This document shows, piece by piece, positions 53,856 through 62,484 of a DNA stretch of 64,000 nt. The stretch is from a virus. Numbering within the stretch: the first letter of the stretch is position 1; every line of letters starts with the position of its first letter. The stretch covers positions 1 to 64,000 of IMG/VR virus record IMGVR_UViG_3300042987_004038, one strand, 5' to 3'. A model generated the notes under the pieces. It made no database searches. It was not told the DNA's origin and saw only the letters and a program-made list of their open reading frames with translations. Both the position numbers and the translations under genes were made by a program.

Positions 53856-55015
53856 TGGAAGTAGTTATCAGAGCTCCTCTGCTGAGTATTTCTGGATACG
53901 GACATCATAGCAGGCAAGTATTCGAATTTTTGATGTCAATTCCAAATACAAATGTTTCAACCCAGGTTGTTCAATGGGGAAATACTTCATGGATAATTGA
54001 TGCTGATCAGGAGCTAGGAATTGCTGGCGATATCATGAAGAGATCGACAGATAGACAATCAGGATTTGATATTTCTTTTCAAGTTCAACTCCCGGATGAA
54101 TGGTCTAACACGCTCGCAAAAGTAAATGTTGGAATTACAGCAGCTGTTGAAACAAATCTTTGTAATCCAGTCTGGGCAGAAAAATGCAACTTAATGGATG
54201 CAATTATTGTTCCATCTAATTTCACAAAGGAAGTCCTTCAGAAATCAGGAAAGATTGAAAAACCTATTTTTGTTGTACCTGAATGGTTCATGCCAGAGAT
54301 TGAATCATCAGAATTTATTACAGATATTTCAACTCGAACTAGATTCAATTTCTTGATAGTAAGCCAGCTTACGGCACAAGATCCCGATTATGATAGAAAG
54401 AACATTGCCAACACTCTGAAGTGGATTTTTGAGACATTCAAAGATGACAATGATGTAGGAATAATATTAAAGACAAATAGCGGAAGAGGAACGACGATTG
54501 ACAGGGCGACAACAGAGCACTTCTTAAATCAGATAATCTCTACATCCAGAAAAAATAGTAAAGTACCTGTCTATTTTGTCCACGGATGCATGACAAACGA
54601 AGAAGTTTCTGGAATTTATAGAAATAAGTCTGTTAGAGCACTTGTTAGTCTCACAAGAGGAGAAGGGTTTGGATTGCCCATTCTTGAGGCAGCCGCATCT
54701 GGATTGCCAGTCATTGCGACGGACTGGTCTGCGCACACTGAGTTTTTGAATCTTGGAAAATGGATAAAAATAGACAGTAATTTGGTTGAAATACCTGAGT
54801 CAAGATCTGATGGCAGAATTTTTATAAAAGGGACAAAGTGGGCTAATCCATCGGAAGAATCATTCAAGAAGAAGATAAAGAAATTTAGAGAGTCTCATGA
54901 AACACCAAGTCAGTGGGCAAGAGAGCTCAAAGACAAGTGCCAAAGCGGATTTTCAAAGAGCACAATTCTCAAAAGGTATCAAGAAGTATTTCAAGAGATA
55001 CTAAAGAATGTTTGA
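53852..55015 (+). CDS. GT4 family glycosyltransferase
   Basis: SGYG, RKNI, RGEGFGLPILEAAASGLPVI. Confidence 0.85.
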   Translation: MMEVVIRAPLLSISGYGHHSRQVFEFLMSIPNTNVSTQVVQWGNTSWIIDADQELGIAGDIMKRSTDRQSGFDISFQVQLPDEWSNTLAKVNVGITAAVETNLCNPVWAEKCNLMDAIIVPSNFTKEVLQKSGKIEKPIFVVPEWFMPEIESSEFITDISTRTRFNFLIVSQLTAQDPDYDRKNIANTLKWIFETFKDDNDVGIILKTNSGRGTTIDRATTEHFLNQIISTSRKNSKVPVYFVHGCMTNEEVSGIYRNKSVRALVSLTRGEGFGLPILEAAASGLPVIATDWSAHTEFLNLGKWIKIDSNLVEIPESRSDGRIFIKGTKWANPSEESFKKKIKKFRESHETPSQWARELKDKCQSGFSKSTILKRYQEVFQEILKNV

Positions 55016-55301
55016 AATTATTTCTTTAATTTTGTTTGTCCTTCTTTGCATTTCTATCTACTTTAACATAAAATTTGGAATAATTATTCTGAATTTAGTG
55101 GATGTTATTGAGGAAGTCCTCGATTCTCTTGACGAAAAATTCAAAATATTTTCGAAGATCCTTGAGAAGCCTGTTTTCTTCGATTCAGTTGAAGTAAGAC
55201 AGGTAATACAAGAGATAAAAAATTGTCAAGATTTAATACTTGAAATTGCAAACAAGCTATCGACATTCGGGAGATCGAAAAATGAAGAAGACAAAGACTA
55301 A
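55008..55301 (+). CDS. Membrane-anchored coiled-coil protein
   Basis: N-terminal hydrophobic helix. Confidence 0.65.
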   Translation: MFEIISLILFVLLCISIYFNIKFGIIILNLVDVIEEVLDSLDEKFKIFSKILEKPVFFDSVEVRQVIQEIKNCQDLILEIANKLSTFGRSKNEEDKD

Positions 55302-56001
55302 GAGATCTCCAAAAAAGAACGATCTTAAGATGTACTTCCACTCCGGAACGCATGATGCGATAGTACTTTTTCAAGAAGAGTCTGATCCAGATACAAGAAA
55401 TAAAATTTATACCAATGAGATTCTTCCTGCTTTTACTAAACTTGTTGAAAATCTAATTTTTATTCACGGAGCAAATGTCCACGTTCAGGTAGAAGAATTT
55501 AAAAGCGACTGCATTAGCTTTCTTTATGAAAAATTAAAAAAATTCGATGCTTCAAGAGGTAGCAAAGCTTTCTCTTACTTTAACGTCGTTGCAAAAAACT
55601 GGATCATTATGAGGATGAGACAGAAGATAAAGCACACTAAAAAGCATGTTAACATCGACGACAAGACTATTGTTCCTGAGCTTGATGTGCTCAACACAGT
55701 TGATCCTTCTTTTGAGATATACGGATCTGCTGGAAAAAAGGCCGCACAAACAGAGCAACTTGACCAAATGTTTTTTGAAGTTTCTGATAGATTGAATCAG
55801 GAAAATGAAAAAATTTGCATGGAAGCAATTATTAAGCTTTTTCAAAATATTGATGATATTGATTTCTTCAATAAGAGGGCTATTTTTGTCTACATAAGAG
55901 AAATGACAAATCTTAATACTAAGCAAATTTCTACTGCTATGTCGTCAATAAAGAAACACTATAGAGAGGCAATGCAAGAATGTGAGTTTGATATTTTCTA
56001 G
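55282..56001 (+). CDS. Sigma-factor-like protein (candidate late sigma)
   Basis: Region-2-like KLKKFDASRGSKAFSYFNVVAKN; located before baseplate genes. Confidence 0.65.
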   Translation: MKKTKTKRSPKKNDLKMYFHSGTHDAIVLFQEESDPDTRNKIYTNEILPAFTKLVENLIFIHGANVHVQVEEFKSDCISFLYEKLKKFDASRGSKAFSYFNVVAKNWIIMRMRQKIKHTKKHVNIDDKTIVPELDVLNTVDPSFEIYGSAGKKAAQTEQLDQMFFEVSDRLNQENEKICMEAIIKLFQNIDDIDFFNKRAIFVYIREMTNLNTKQISTAMSSIKKHYREAMQECEFDIF

Positions 56002-56013
56002 AGGAAGAAATTC

Positions 56014-56394
56014 ATGTCAAAGAAAAGCTTAGACGTAGAAAGCCTTGATTCTCACCTCACAGATCTGAAGAGCAAGGAGCGGAAAGTTGCACAATTTGAT
56101 GATCTTCTTGAGTCAATTGAAGGACTAGATAGTAAGAAAAAAGTTTTGTGGTCAGAAATTTATAGAAATGCTCTAACTGATAGAGAGAGTGCGTCTATTT
56201 TATTTACTGATACAATCCTTCAAATTAAGGGGAATGCAGCAAATCATTCAATTCTTGGCCCTGTTGTTGTGAAATATATCGAGAGAATGTCAAGGGCAAA
56301 TGATCAAATCATAAAGCTGGCTGAGATTATTACAAACGAAGAAAATCGACCCGTAGACTCTGATTCAATTTTCAATCAGATATCAGAGGATTGA
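56014..56394 (+). CDS. Hypothetical helical protein
   Basis: RBS GAGG; operon context. Confidence 0.7.
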   Translation: MSKKSLDVESLDSHLTDLKSKERKVAQFDDLLESIEGLDSKKKVLWSEIYRNALTDRESASILFTDTILQIKGNAANHSILGPVVVKYIERMSRANDQIIKLAEIITNEENRPVDSDSIFNQISED

Positions 56395-56395
56395 A

Positions 56396-57505
56396 ATGTT
56401 TCAAGAAATACTTGTTACCGATTATATTTCATGCTACAGCAAACTCACCAGCGACCAGATTACAAAGCTTTCAAGCGGCTTGGTTGATATAAACTTTCTA
56501 GAAAATTGTCCAAATGGGACAATTATTGGTGTTTTTATTGATCAAAAGTCTGACATGCAAAAGAGGATTTTTTATCCGTTTTTTTCACACATCAATATGC
56601 CAATCAAGCCAGGAGAAAGGGCATGGGCTTTTAGTCAAGGTCGTGGAAGAGTTCCTTACTGGATTACTAGGAAAGTTCAAAATACATCTGCAAATGACCC
56701 CAATTTCACAAATGATGATAGCGCAAAACTATATTCTGCGCTCGGGAGTCAAGAGAACAAGAGAAATGTTGTATCAGGGATCTTTTATGATTCAAAGTCT
56801 GCTGCAAACTCTCTGGTCAAGATAAGATCAGATTCTTTGGCTTACCAGGATGATTTTATTGGAGAGCCTGCAGCCTATGTTGATGGAAATTGTAATGATG
56901 TTGTCATCCAAGGTTCAAATAACACAGCAATAAAAATTGGAAATTTAGGATCATCAGGTACAGGAACAATAGACATAGTTGCCGGTCTTGGAAATCTTTC
57001 TCTACAAACGACAGTTGTAAACACTGAAGGATACAGCGAAGTCCTAAAACCGCCTCTCGCGACAGACACATTGGTTTCTTCATTTGGGACGCTAAGCTCG
57101 GCGGATGAATCAAGAATTACAATTTCAAGATCTTTCAACGCTGATGAATACTATTCTTTGACAGGAGATGATTCTGGATCTCAAAAATCAATCACTTTAA
57201 AGACAGACAGCGTTAGAATTATTGCACAAAATGATTTAAAAATAATTGTTGGAACCAGTTCTGATCCATCAAGCATAATCCTAAAAAATGATGGGAATAT
57301 CATTATTACTCCTTCTTCTGCTGGCGTTATTAAGCTTGGAGGAGAAGACGCAACAGGTGCAATTCTCGCGTCAGTTGATTCAGTTGTTACATCAGGGCGT
57401 GTTGAGGCACCCTCTCTTGTTTCTACAGCAGGCGGATTGCTTGGTGCGCCTAGCCTTCCGGCAACTGGAATTTTTTCTACTAAGGTCCTGGTCAAGGTAA
57501 CCTAA
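56396..57505 (+). CDS. Putative baseplate hub/central spike (gp5-like)
   Basis: YPFFSHINMPIKPGERAW OB-like N-terminus; DVVIQGSNNTAI; beta-repeat C-terminus; next to gp25. Confidence 0.55.
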   Translation: MFQEILVTDYISCYSKLTSDQITKLSSGLVDINFLENCPNGTIIGVFIDQKSDMQKRIFYPFFSHINMPIKPGERAWAFSQGRGRVPYWITRKVQNTSANDPNFTNDDSAKLYSALGSQENKRNVVSGIFYDSKSAANSLVKIRSDSLAYQDDFIGEPAAYVDGNCNDVVIQGSNNTAIKIGNLGSSGTGTIDIVAGLGNLSLQTTVVNTEGYSEVLKPPLATDTLVSSFGTLSSADESRITISRSFNADEYYSLTGDDSGSQKSITLKTDSVRIIAQNDLKIIVGTSSDPSSIILKNDGNIIITPSSAGVIKLGGEDATGAILASVDSVVTSGRVEAPSLVSTAGGLLGAPSLPATGIFSTKVLVKVT

Positions 57506-58596
57506 TGGGAACGCTGGAGACTGTAGGAATTATTTCATCGGGAGAGATTACAACTTCCGCACGGACAAAATATAGAGATAATGTTGTCAGCACTCTTCTG
57601 AGCGGAATTACGTTGGGTGCGACGTCTCTCGCTGCAGGAACAATTTCTATGGGAAATTTTGAAACTGATCCAATTGATACAGTTAAACAAAATTATCCTG
57701 CGTGGCATGGTTTCTATATTGATGGACTCCAGAAGAATATTGCATTGCTATTAGACCTGATTCCGCCTGCAGCAATTCTAAAATTTTTGCCTGTCCCAAT
57801 TTTTGATCCAACAGAGCCAATTGCTAGAGTGATAACTGAGCTCCAGGATTTATTTTTACAGATAGAATCATTGATAGGCGCCCCAATTGTTGATATTTTG
57901 ATATCAAAGATTGATGTTACAATTGAAAAAGCTGCCGAAATATCAGCTGCAGTAACTGATGCAAATCCTGAAGCATTTTTTGAATCAATAAAATCAACAA
58001 TAGAAGCTGTGCTTGATGCAGCGGATATCAATCCAGACCTTGCCATTCAGAAAATCGAAGAACAAAGGGAAACAGTTATTGCCAAAGGCGTAGAAATAAT
58101 TGAGAGTGCTAAAAACGCTGTCGAAGGCGTTTTGCCCGAGTTACCTATTCCATCTCTTGATATTTCTTTCATTGATCCTACACTTGACACTTCTCCTCTT
58201 TTTGCAACAGTTGAAGCAGACGGATACGATGGAATAGCTACAAAATTTATCAAAATGATGACTGTATTCTTGTCAATCCCTGCTCAAATTGTTGAAGCTG
58301 CCAAGAGCGCAGCAGAGGCAGCAGCTGACGCGATTAAGGCAATTGTTGATGCTCTTAATTTGCTTATAACAAACTTTAAAGAAGGAATACTGGAACTTCT
58401 TAATGCCGTAGTGGGTTTTGTCTGGGATCTGATATCTCAAGTTTTGAGCATTATTTCGACAGCATTTCTGGAAATTTCTTCTATAATTAATATTATCTTC
58501 TTTTTTGCAAAAAGCTTTATTATTTCAATTATTGGTTTTCTACTCGGATCGGGGATGATTGCACTTGCAGCTGCAAAATCTTTTGAGCTTGTTTAG
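57505..58596 (+). CDS. Hypothetical structural protein with hydrophobic C-terminus
   Basis: Between spike-like and gp25-like genes. Confidence 0.6.
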   Translation: MGTLETVGIISSGEITTSARTKYRDNVVSTLLSGITLGATSLAAGTISMGNFETDPIDTVKQNYPAWHGFYIDGLQKNIALLLDLIPPAAILKFLPVPIFDPTEPIARVITELQDLFLQIESLIGAPIVDILISKIDVTIEKAAEISAAVTDANPEAFFESIKSTIEAVLDAADINPDLAIQKIEEQRETVIAKGVEIIESAKNAVEGVLPELPIPSLDISFIDPTLDTSPLFATVEADGYDGIATKFIKMMTVFLSIPAQIVEAAKSAAEAAADAIKAIVDALNLLITNFKEGILELLNAVVGFVWDLISQVLSIISTAFLEISSIINIIFFFAKSFIISIIGFLLGSGMIALAAAKSFELV

Positions 58597-58629
58597 CTTT
58601 GATTTCTTTTCTTCAAAATAATTAAAGAC

Positions 58630-59100
58630 ATGGCGTCAATCAGTTTTAAGAGTGTAGGAGACTTAAAAAATAATCCTCGTGCAGCACAAACTGCACAACC
58701 AAAGCCCGTTGGAATTTTAACCCCAGTTAAAATTACCTCCAGGGTTGGAGGACCTCTTGAAATGTCAAATACAGTCGTAGATCAAATGATTGATAATTTT
58801 AGAAATATGCTGATTGTTAATCACGGAGAAAGACTTCCGCTCTATGACTTTGGAGCAAATTTACGAGCACTTCTTACAGAAAGACTGTCACAACCAGATT
58901 ATGATGAACAGGCAATGATGTATATTAAAGCAACAACTGAAAAATACATGCCTTACATAAGCTTGAATTCTTTTGAAACACAAATTCTCGAGAGCAATGA
59001 CAGAACAACTTCAAGAATCAAAGTTCTTGTAGAGTTTTCAATTCCAAAGATCTCAACGGCTGTTCGTACTGTAGAAATCATTCTAAAAAACATCGGTTGA
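58630..59100 (+). CDS. Baseplate wedge gp25-like protein
   Basis: NFRNMLIVNHGERLPLYDFGANLRALL. Confidence 0.85.
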   Translation: MASISFKSVGDLKNNPRAAQTAQPKPVGILTPVKITSRVGGPLEMSNTVVDQMIDNFRNMLIVNHGERLPLYDFGANLRALLTERLSQPDYDEQAMMYIKATTEKYMPYISLNSFETQILESNDRTTSRIKVLVEFSIPKISTAVRTVEIILKNIG

Positions 59101-59102
59101 AA

Positions 59103-60953
59103 ATGTCACTCACAAACGTAAAGAAAAATCTAAAGCAAAAAAGACAAAGAAACTACTTGGCCAGAGACTTCGACAGTTTCAGGACAGAGCTTATCAAATA
59201 TGCGAAGATCTATTTCCCAGATCAGATTCAGGACTTTTCTGAAGCATCTGTGGGTGGTCTCCTTGTCGATCTAGTTTCCTACATTGGAGATTCAACAGCT
59301 TTTTATCTAGACCACCAGTTCAATGAGCTTGGACTTGATACAGCTGTTGAGAGAAAAAATGTTGAAAGACTAATAAGACTTGCAGGCGTGAAAATCAGAG
59401 GCGCATCTCCCGCGTATTGCAATATTGATTTTTCATTTGTTGTTGACGCAACCACGCAAGGAAATGGGTATATTCCGGTAAATTCTCAATTACCAATTTT
59501 AAGAACTGGTACGCGAGTAACCTCAAATACTGGAATTACATTCACACTTAGAACAAATGTTGATTTTTCTGAAGTTGACCAGTTTGGAAAATACATTTGT
59601 ACATTTGTCACAAAAGATACAGATTCAAATGGAAATCCTACAACATTTACTGTGACAAGATCTGGGATATGTGAATCCGGAGGAACAGCAGAAGAGTCTT
59701 TCCCGTTTGGATCAGATACAACTCCTTTCAAGACAATAACTTTATCAAATCCAAATGTGAATGAAATTCTTTTGGTTGTTGATTCTGAAGGGAACGAATA
59801 CTATGAAGTTGACGCACTTTCACAAGATACAGTTTTTAGATCCATTGAAAACTATAACTCCGATGTAGATTACGTTGAAAATGCTCTAGCAGTCGTTCCT
59901 GCACCATACAGATTTGCAACCCGTGCTGAATCAGATTCGGGAGTTGTGACTATAGTTTTTGGATCTGGTCAAGCTGGGACGCTGGACAACGACATCTTAC
60001 CTGATCCGAGCGAGGTATCGCTTCCTCTTTTTGGAGACAAGAAGACTTTTCCAAGGGCATCAATTGATCCAAATTCAATGATTGGATCGAAGAGTCTAGG
60101 AATAACTCCAATCAATACAACAATAAGAGTCAGATATAGGCACGGAGGAGGAATTTCCCACAATGTCTCCGCAAATACGGTGAAAACAATAAGCAATCTT
60201 GTCACAAAGTTCAGCCCAGGGCTGTCTCCGACTAAGGTTGCAACAATAAGATCAACAATTTCAGTTAATAACCCTAGCGCAGCGAGCGGAGGAGAAAATG
60301 CTCCCACTCTTGAAGATCTAAGATCTGTGGCTCTGAGTATTAGAAATTCTCAAAACAGAGTCGTCTCTAAAGAAGACCTGATCGCAAGAATATTTTTGAT
60401 GCCTACAAATTTTGGAAGAGCATTTAGAGTTGGTATACAGCCAAATCCAGTTAATCCTCTTTCTTCCCTTCTTTATGTGATCAGTAGAGACTCAGATGGA
60501 TATCTTGCACAATCTCCAGACACACTCAAGAGAAACATTTCAACATACATAAATGAGTTCAGAGTTGTTTCGGATGCCTTTGACATACTTGATGCCAAGA
60601 TAATTAATATTGGATTCACTTACAGTGTTGCCATAGACGACAGAGAAGACAAAGAAGGTGTCCTAACAAAGATAAACAATTCTATCGCAACATACTTGGA
60701 CACAAATAATATGCAAATTGATGGCGGAATACAAGTTTCTGATCTAATAAATCTGATATTAAATCAGGATGGTGTGATAAGCCTAGAGAGCTATAGTTTT
60801 TCAAGCCTGACTGGAACTGTTGATGAGAGGGTCTATTCTTCTTTCTCCATAAATCCAAATACTTCAATTAGGCGAGGGGTGCTTTCTCCTCCTGTTGGAT
60901 CAATATTTGAAGTAAAATACCCAGATGTTGATATATCAGGAAATGCAATTTAG
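59103..60953 (+). CDS. Baseplate wedge protein (gp6/baseplate J-like)
   Basis: RDFDSFRTELIKY, DFSEASVG, ASGGENA, QNRVVSKED. Confidence 0.85.
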   Translation: MSLTNVKKNLKQKRQRNYLARDFDSFRTELIKYAKIYFPDQIQDFSEASVGGLLVDLVSYIGDSTAFYLDHQFNELGLDTAVERKNVERLIRLAGVKIRGASPAYCNIDFSFVVDATTQGNGYIPVNSQLPILRTGTRVTSNTGITFTLRTNVDFSEVDQFGKYICTFVTKDTDSNGNPTTFTVTRSGICESGGTAEESFPFGSDTTPFKTITLSNPNVNEILLVVDSEGNEYYEVDALSQDTVFRSIENYNSDVDYVENALAVVPAPYRFATRAESDSGVVTIVFGSGQAGTLDNDILPDPSEVSLPLFGDKKTFPRASIDPNSMIGSKSLGITPINTTIRVRYRHGGGISHNVSANTVKTISNLVTKFSPGLSPTKVATIRSTISVNNPSAASGGENAPTLEDLRSVALSIRNSQNRVVSKEDLIARIFLMPTNFGRAFRVGIQPNPVNPLSSLLYVISRDSDGYLAQSPDTLKRNISTYINEFRVVSDAFDILDAKIINIGFTYSVAIDDREDKEGVLTKINNSIATYLDTNNMQIDGGIQVSDLINLILNQDGVISLESYSFSSLTGTVDERVYSSFSINPNTSIRRGVLSPPVGSIFEVKYPDVDISGNAI

Positions 60954-60963
60954 GAGATTATAA

Positions 60964-62484
60964 ATGTACAGAATTTTTCAAGCAGACAAGGACTCGTACA
61001 TCACTAACAAGATAATCTCCAATACTCTCCGAGCTACTGATTCAAATCTTGGTCAGGCAGGAACAATTGACTTGTTCAAAATGTATGATGAAAATACATT
61101 TACCGGAGAAGACAGCCCGATAGAGATAAGCAGAGCACTTATCCATTTTGACATTGATGACCTGCGAGATTCAATGAATAGTGGAGAGTTTGACCCCAAT
61201 AGCTCAGATTTTTCTTGCAGCCTCTATTTACACGATGTTTATGGAGGACAGACAACACCCACAAATTTTTCTCTAGTTGTCTACCCACTTTCAAAGAGCT
61301 TTGATGAAGGATCAGGAAGAGATGTTGTTCGCTTTGAAGATATTGATGTTGTAAATTTTATAACAGCCTCCGTCTCGAGCACAGTTGTCACATGGTCGGT
61401 CTCGGGCGCTAATTCGGGTGCTGATATTTCTGGATCCAATCAAGATTATTTTACACAAGGAAATTTAAACGACGGATTAGGAGTTGTTTCTTTTGCTTCA
61501 ACTCAGGTGTTTTCGACTGGGCAGGAAGATCTAAACGTAGATGTCACAAAAATAGTGTCGGGAGTTCTTGCAAATCAGCTACCAGATTCTGGATTTAGAA
61601 TATCCTTTATCTCAAGTCAAGAATTAGACCAAAAAACAAGATTTGTTAAGCGTTTTGCTTCAAGAAACACTACGAATACATCAAAAAAACCCAAATTAAT
61701 AGTCACCTACAACGATGTAATATCAGATAAGACAAAAAATTTTGAATTCAATACTTCTGGTACTCTGTTTTTGAATACATTTGCAGCAGGATCTCCTGCA
61801 AATTTACTTTCAGGCTCAAATTTATCACAACTGACAGGAAGCAGCTGTATCAAGATTAAAATACAGTCAGGAAGTGTACAGAGGACATTTTTTGGATCCC
61901 AGCACAAGGTAGGAGATGTCTCAGTAACGGGAATCTATTCTTCAAGTTTCTTAGTAAATTCTTTTGATAGTGATATCTTTCAAAAGCTAACAGGGTCAGC
62001 TCAGTCTATTGATTCTTTTGATTTTAGCGTGAAATGGCTTTCAAATGATGAATCAGTACAATTTGCTACGGGATCACTCGAAATAAAAAGAAGAGATACA
62101 ACGTATTTTTCACAGACACCACAGCGGTATTTTATAAACATTACAAATATGCAATCATCCTACAAGCAAGATGAAAAGATTAGGTTCAGGCTATTCATCG
62201 AAGACTTCAATAGAAATGTAATATTCGTTAAAACTCCTCTTGAAAATACCGGAGTTGTTGTAGAAAAGTGTCTGTACAGCATTAGAGATTTTGAGAGCGG
62301 AGATATTATAGTTCCTTTCCACGATCCTGGAACGCAGACGTCCAACGATTCAACATCTCATTATTTTGATTTTTATATGTCGACACTGCCAAGAGGAAGA
62401 ACATATACATTTGATTTTAAGATAATAAACAAAGGCTTAGAAGCGCTAATAGGCGATGTAGCTGCAAAATTTAGGATTGAATAA
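60964..62484 (+). CDS. Putative virion structural protein
   Basis: SRALIHFD, PLSKSFDEG, KPKLIVTY; baseplate context. Confidence 0.6.
   Translation: MYRIFQADKDSYITNKIISNTLRATDSNLGQAGTIDLFKMYDENTFTGEDSPIEISRALIHFDIDDLRDSMNSGEFDPNSSDFSCSLYLHDVYGGQTTPTNFSLVVYPLSKSFDEGSGRDVVRFEDIDVVNFITASVSSTVVTWSVSGANSGADISGSNQDYFTQGNLNDGLGVVSFASTQVFSTGQEDLNVDVTKIVSGVLANQLPDSGFRISFISSQELDQKTRFVKRFASRNTTNTSKKPKLIVTYNDVISDKTKNFEFNTSGTLFLNTFAAGSPANLLSGSNLSQLTGSSCIKIKIQSGSVQRTFFGSQHKVGDVSVTGIYSSSFLVNSFDSDIFQKLTGSAQSIDSFDFSVKWLSNDESVQFATGSLEIKRRDTTYFSQTPQRYFINITNMQSSYKQDEKIRFRLFIEDFNRNVIFVKTPLENTGVVVEKCLYSIRDFESGDIIVPFHDPGTQTSNDSTSHYFDFYMSTLPRGRTYTFDFKIINKGLEALIGDVAAKFRIE

Noticed and set aside
24797-55015. Bacterial chromosome origin (PrkA/SpoVR and LPS-like genes)
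   Set aside because: Interleaved with fibre, sigma-like and baseplate genes, and no housekeeping operons, so a phage origin fits better.
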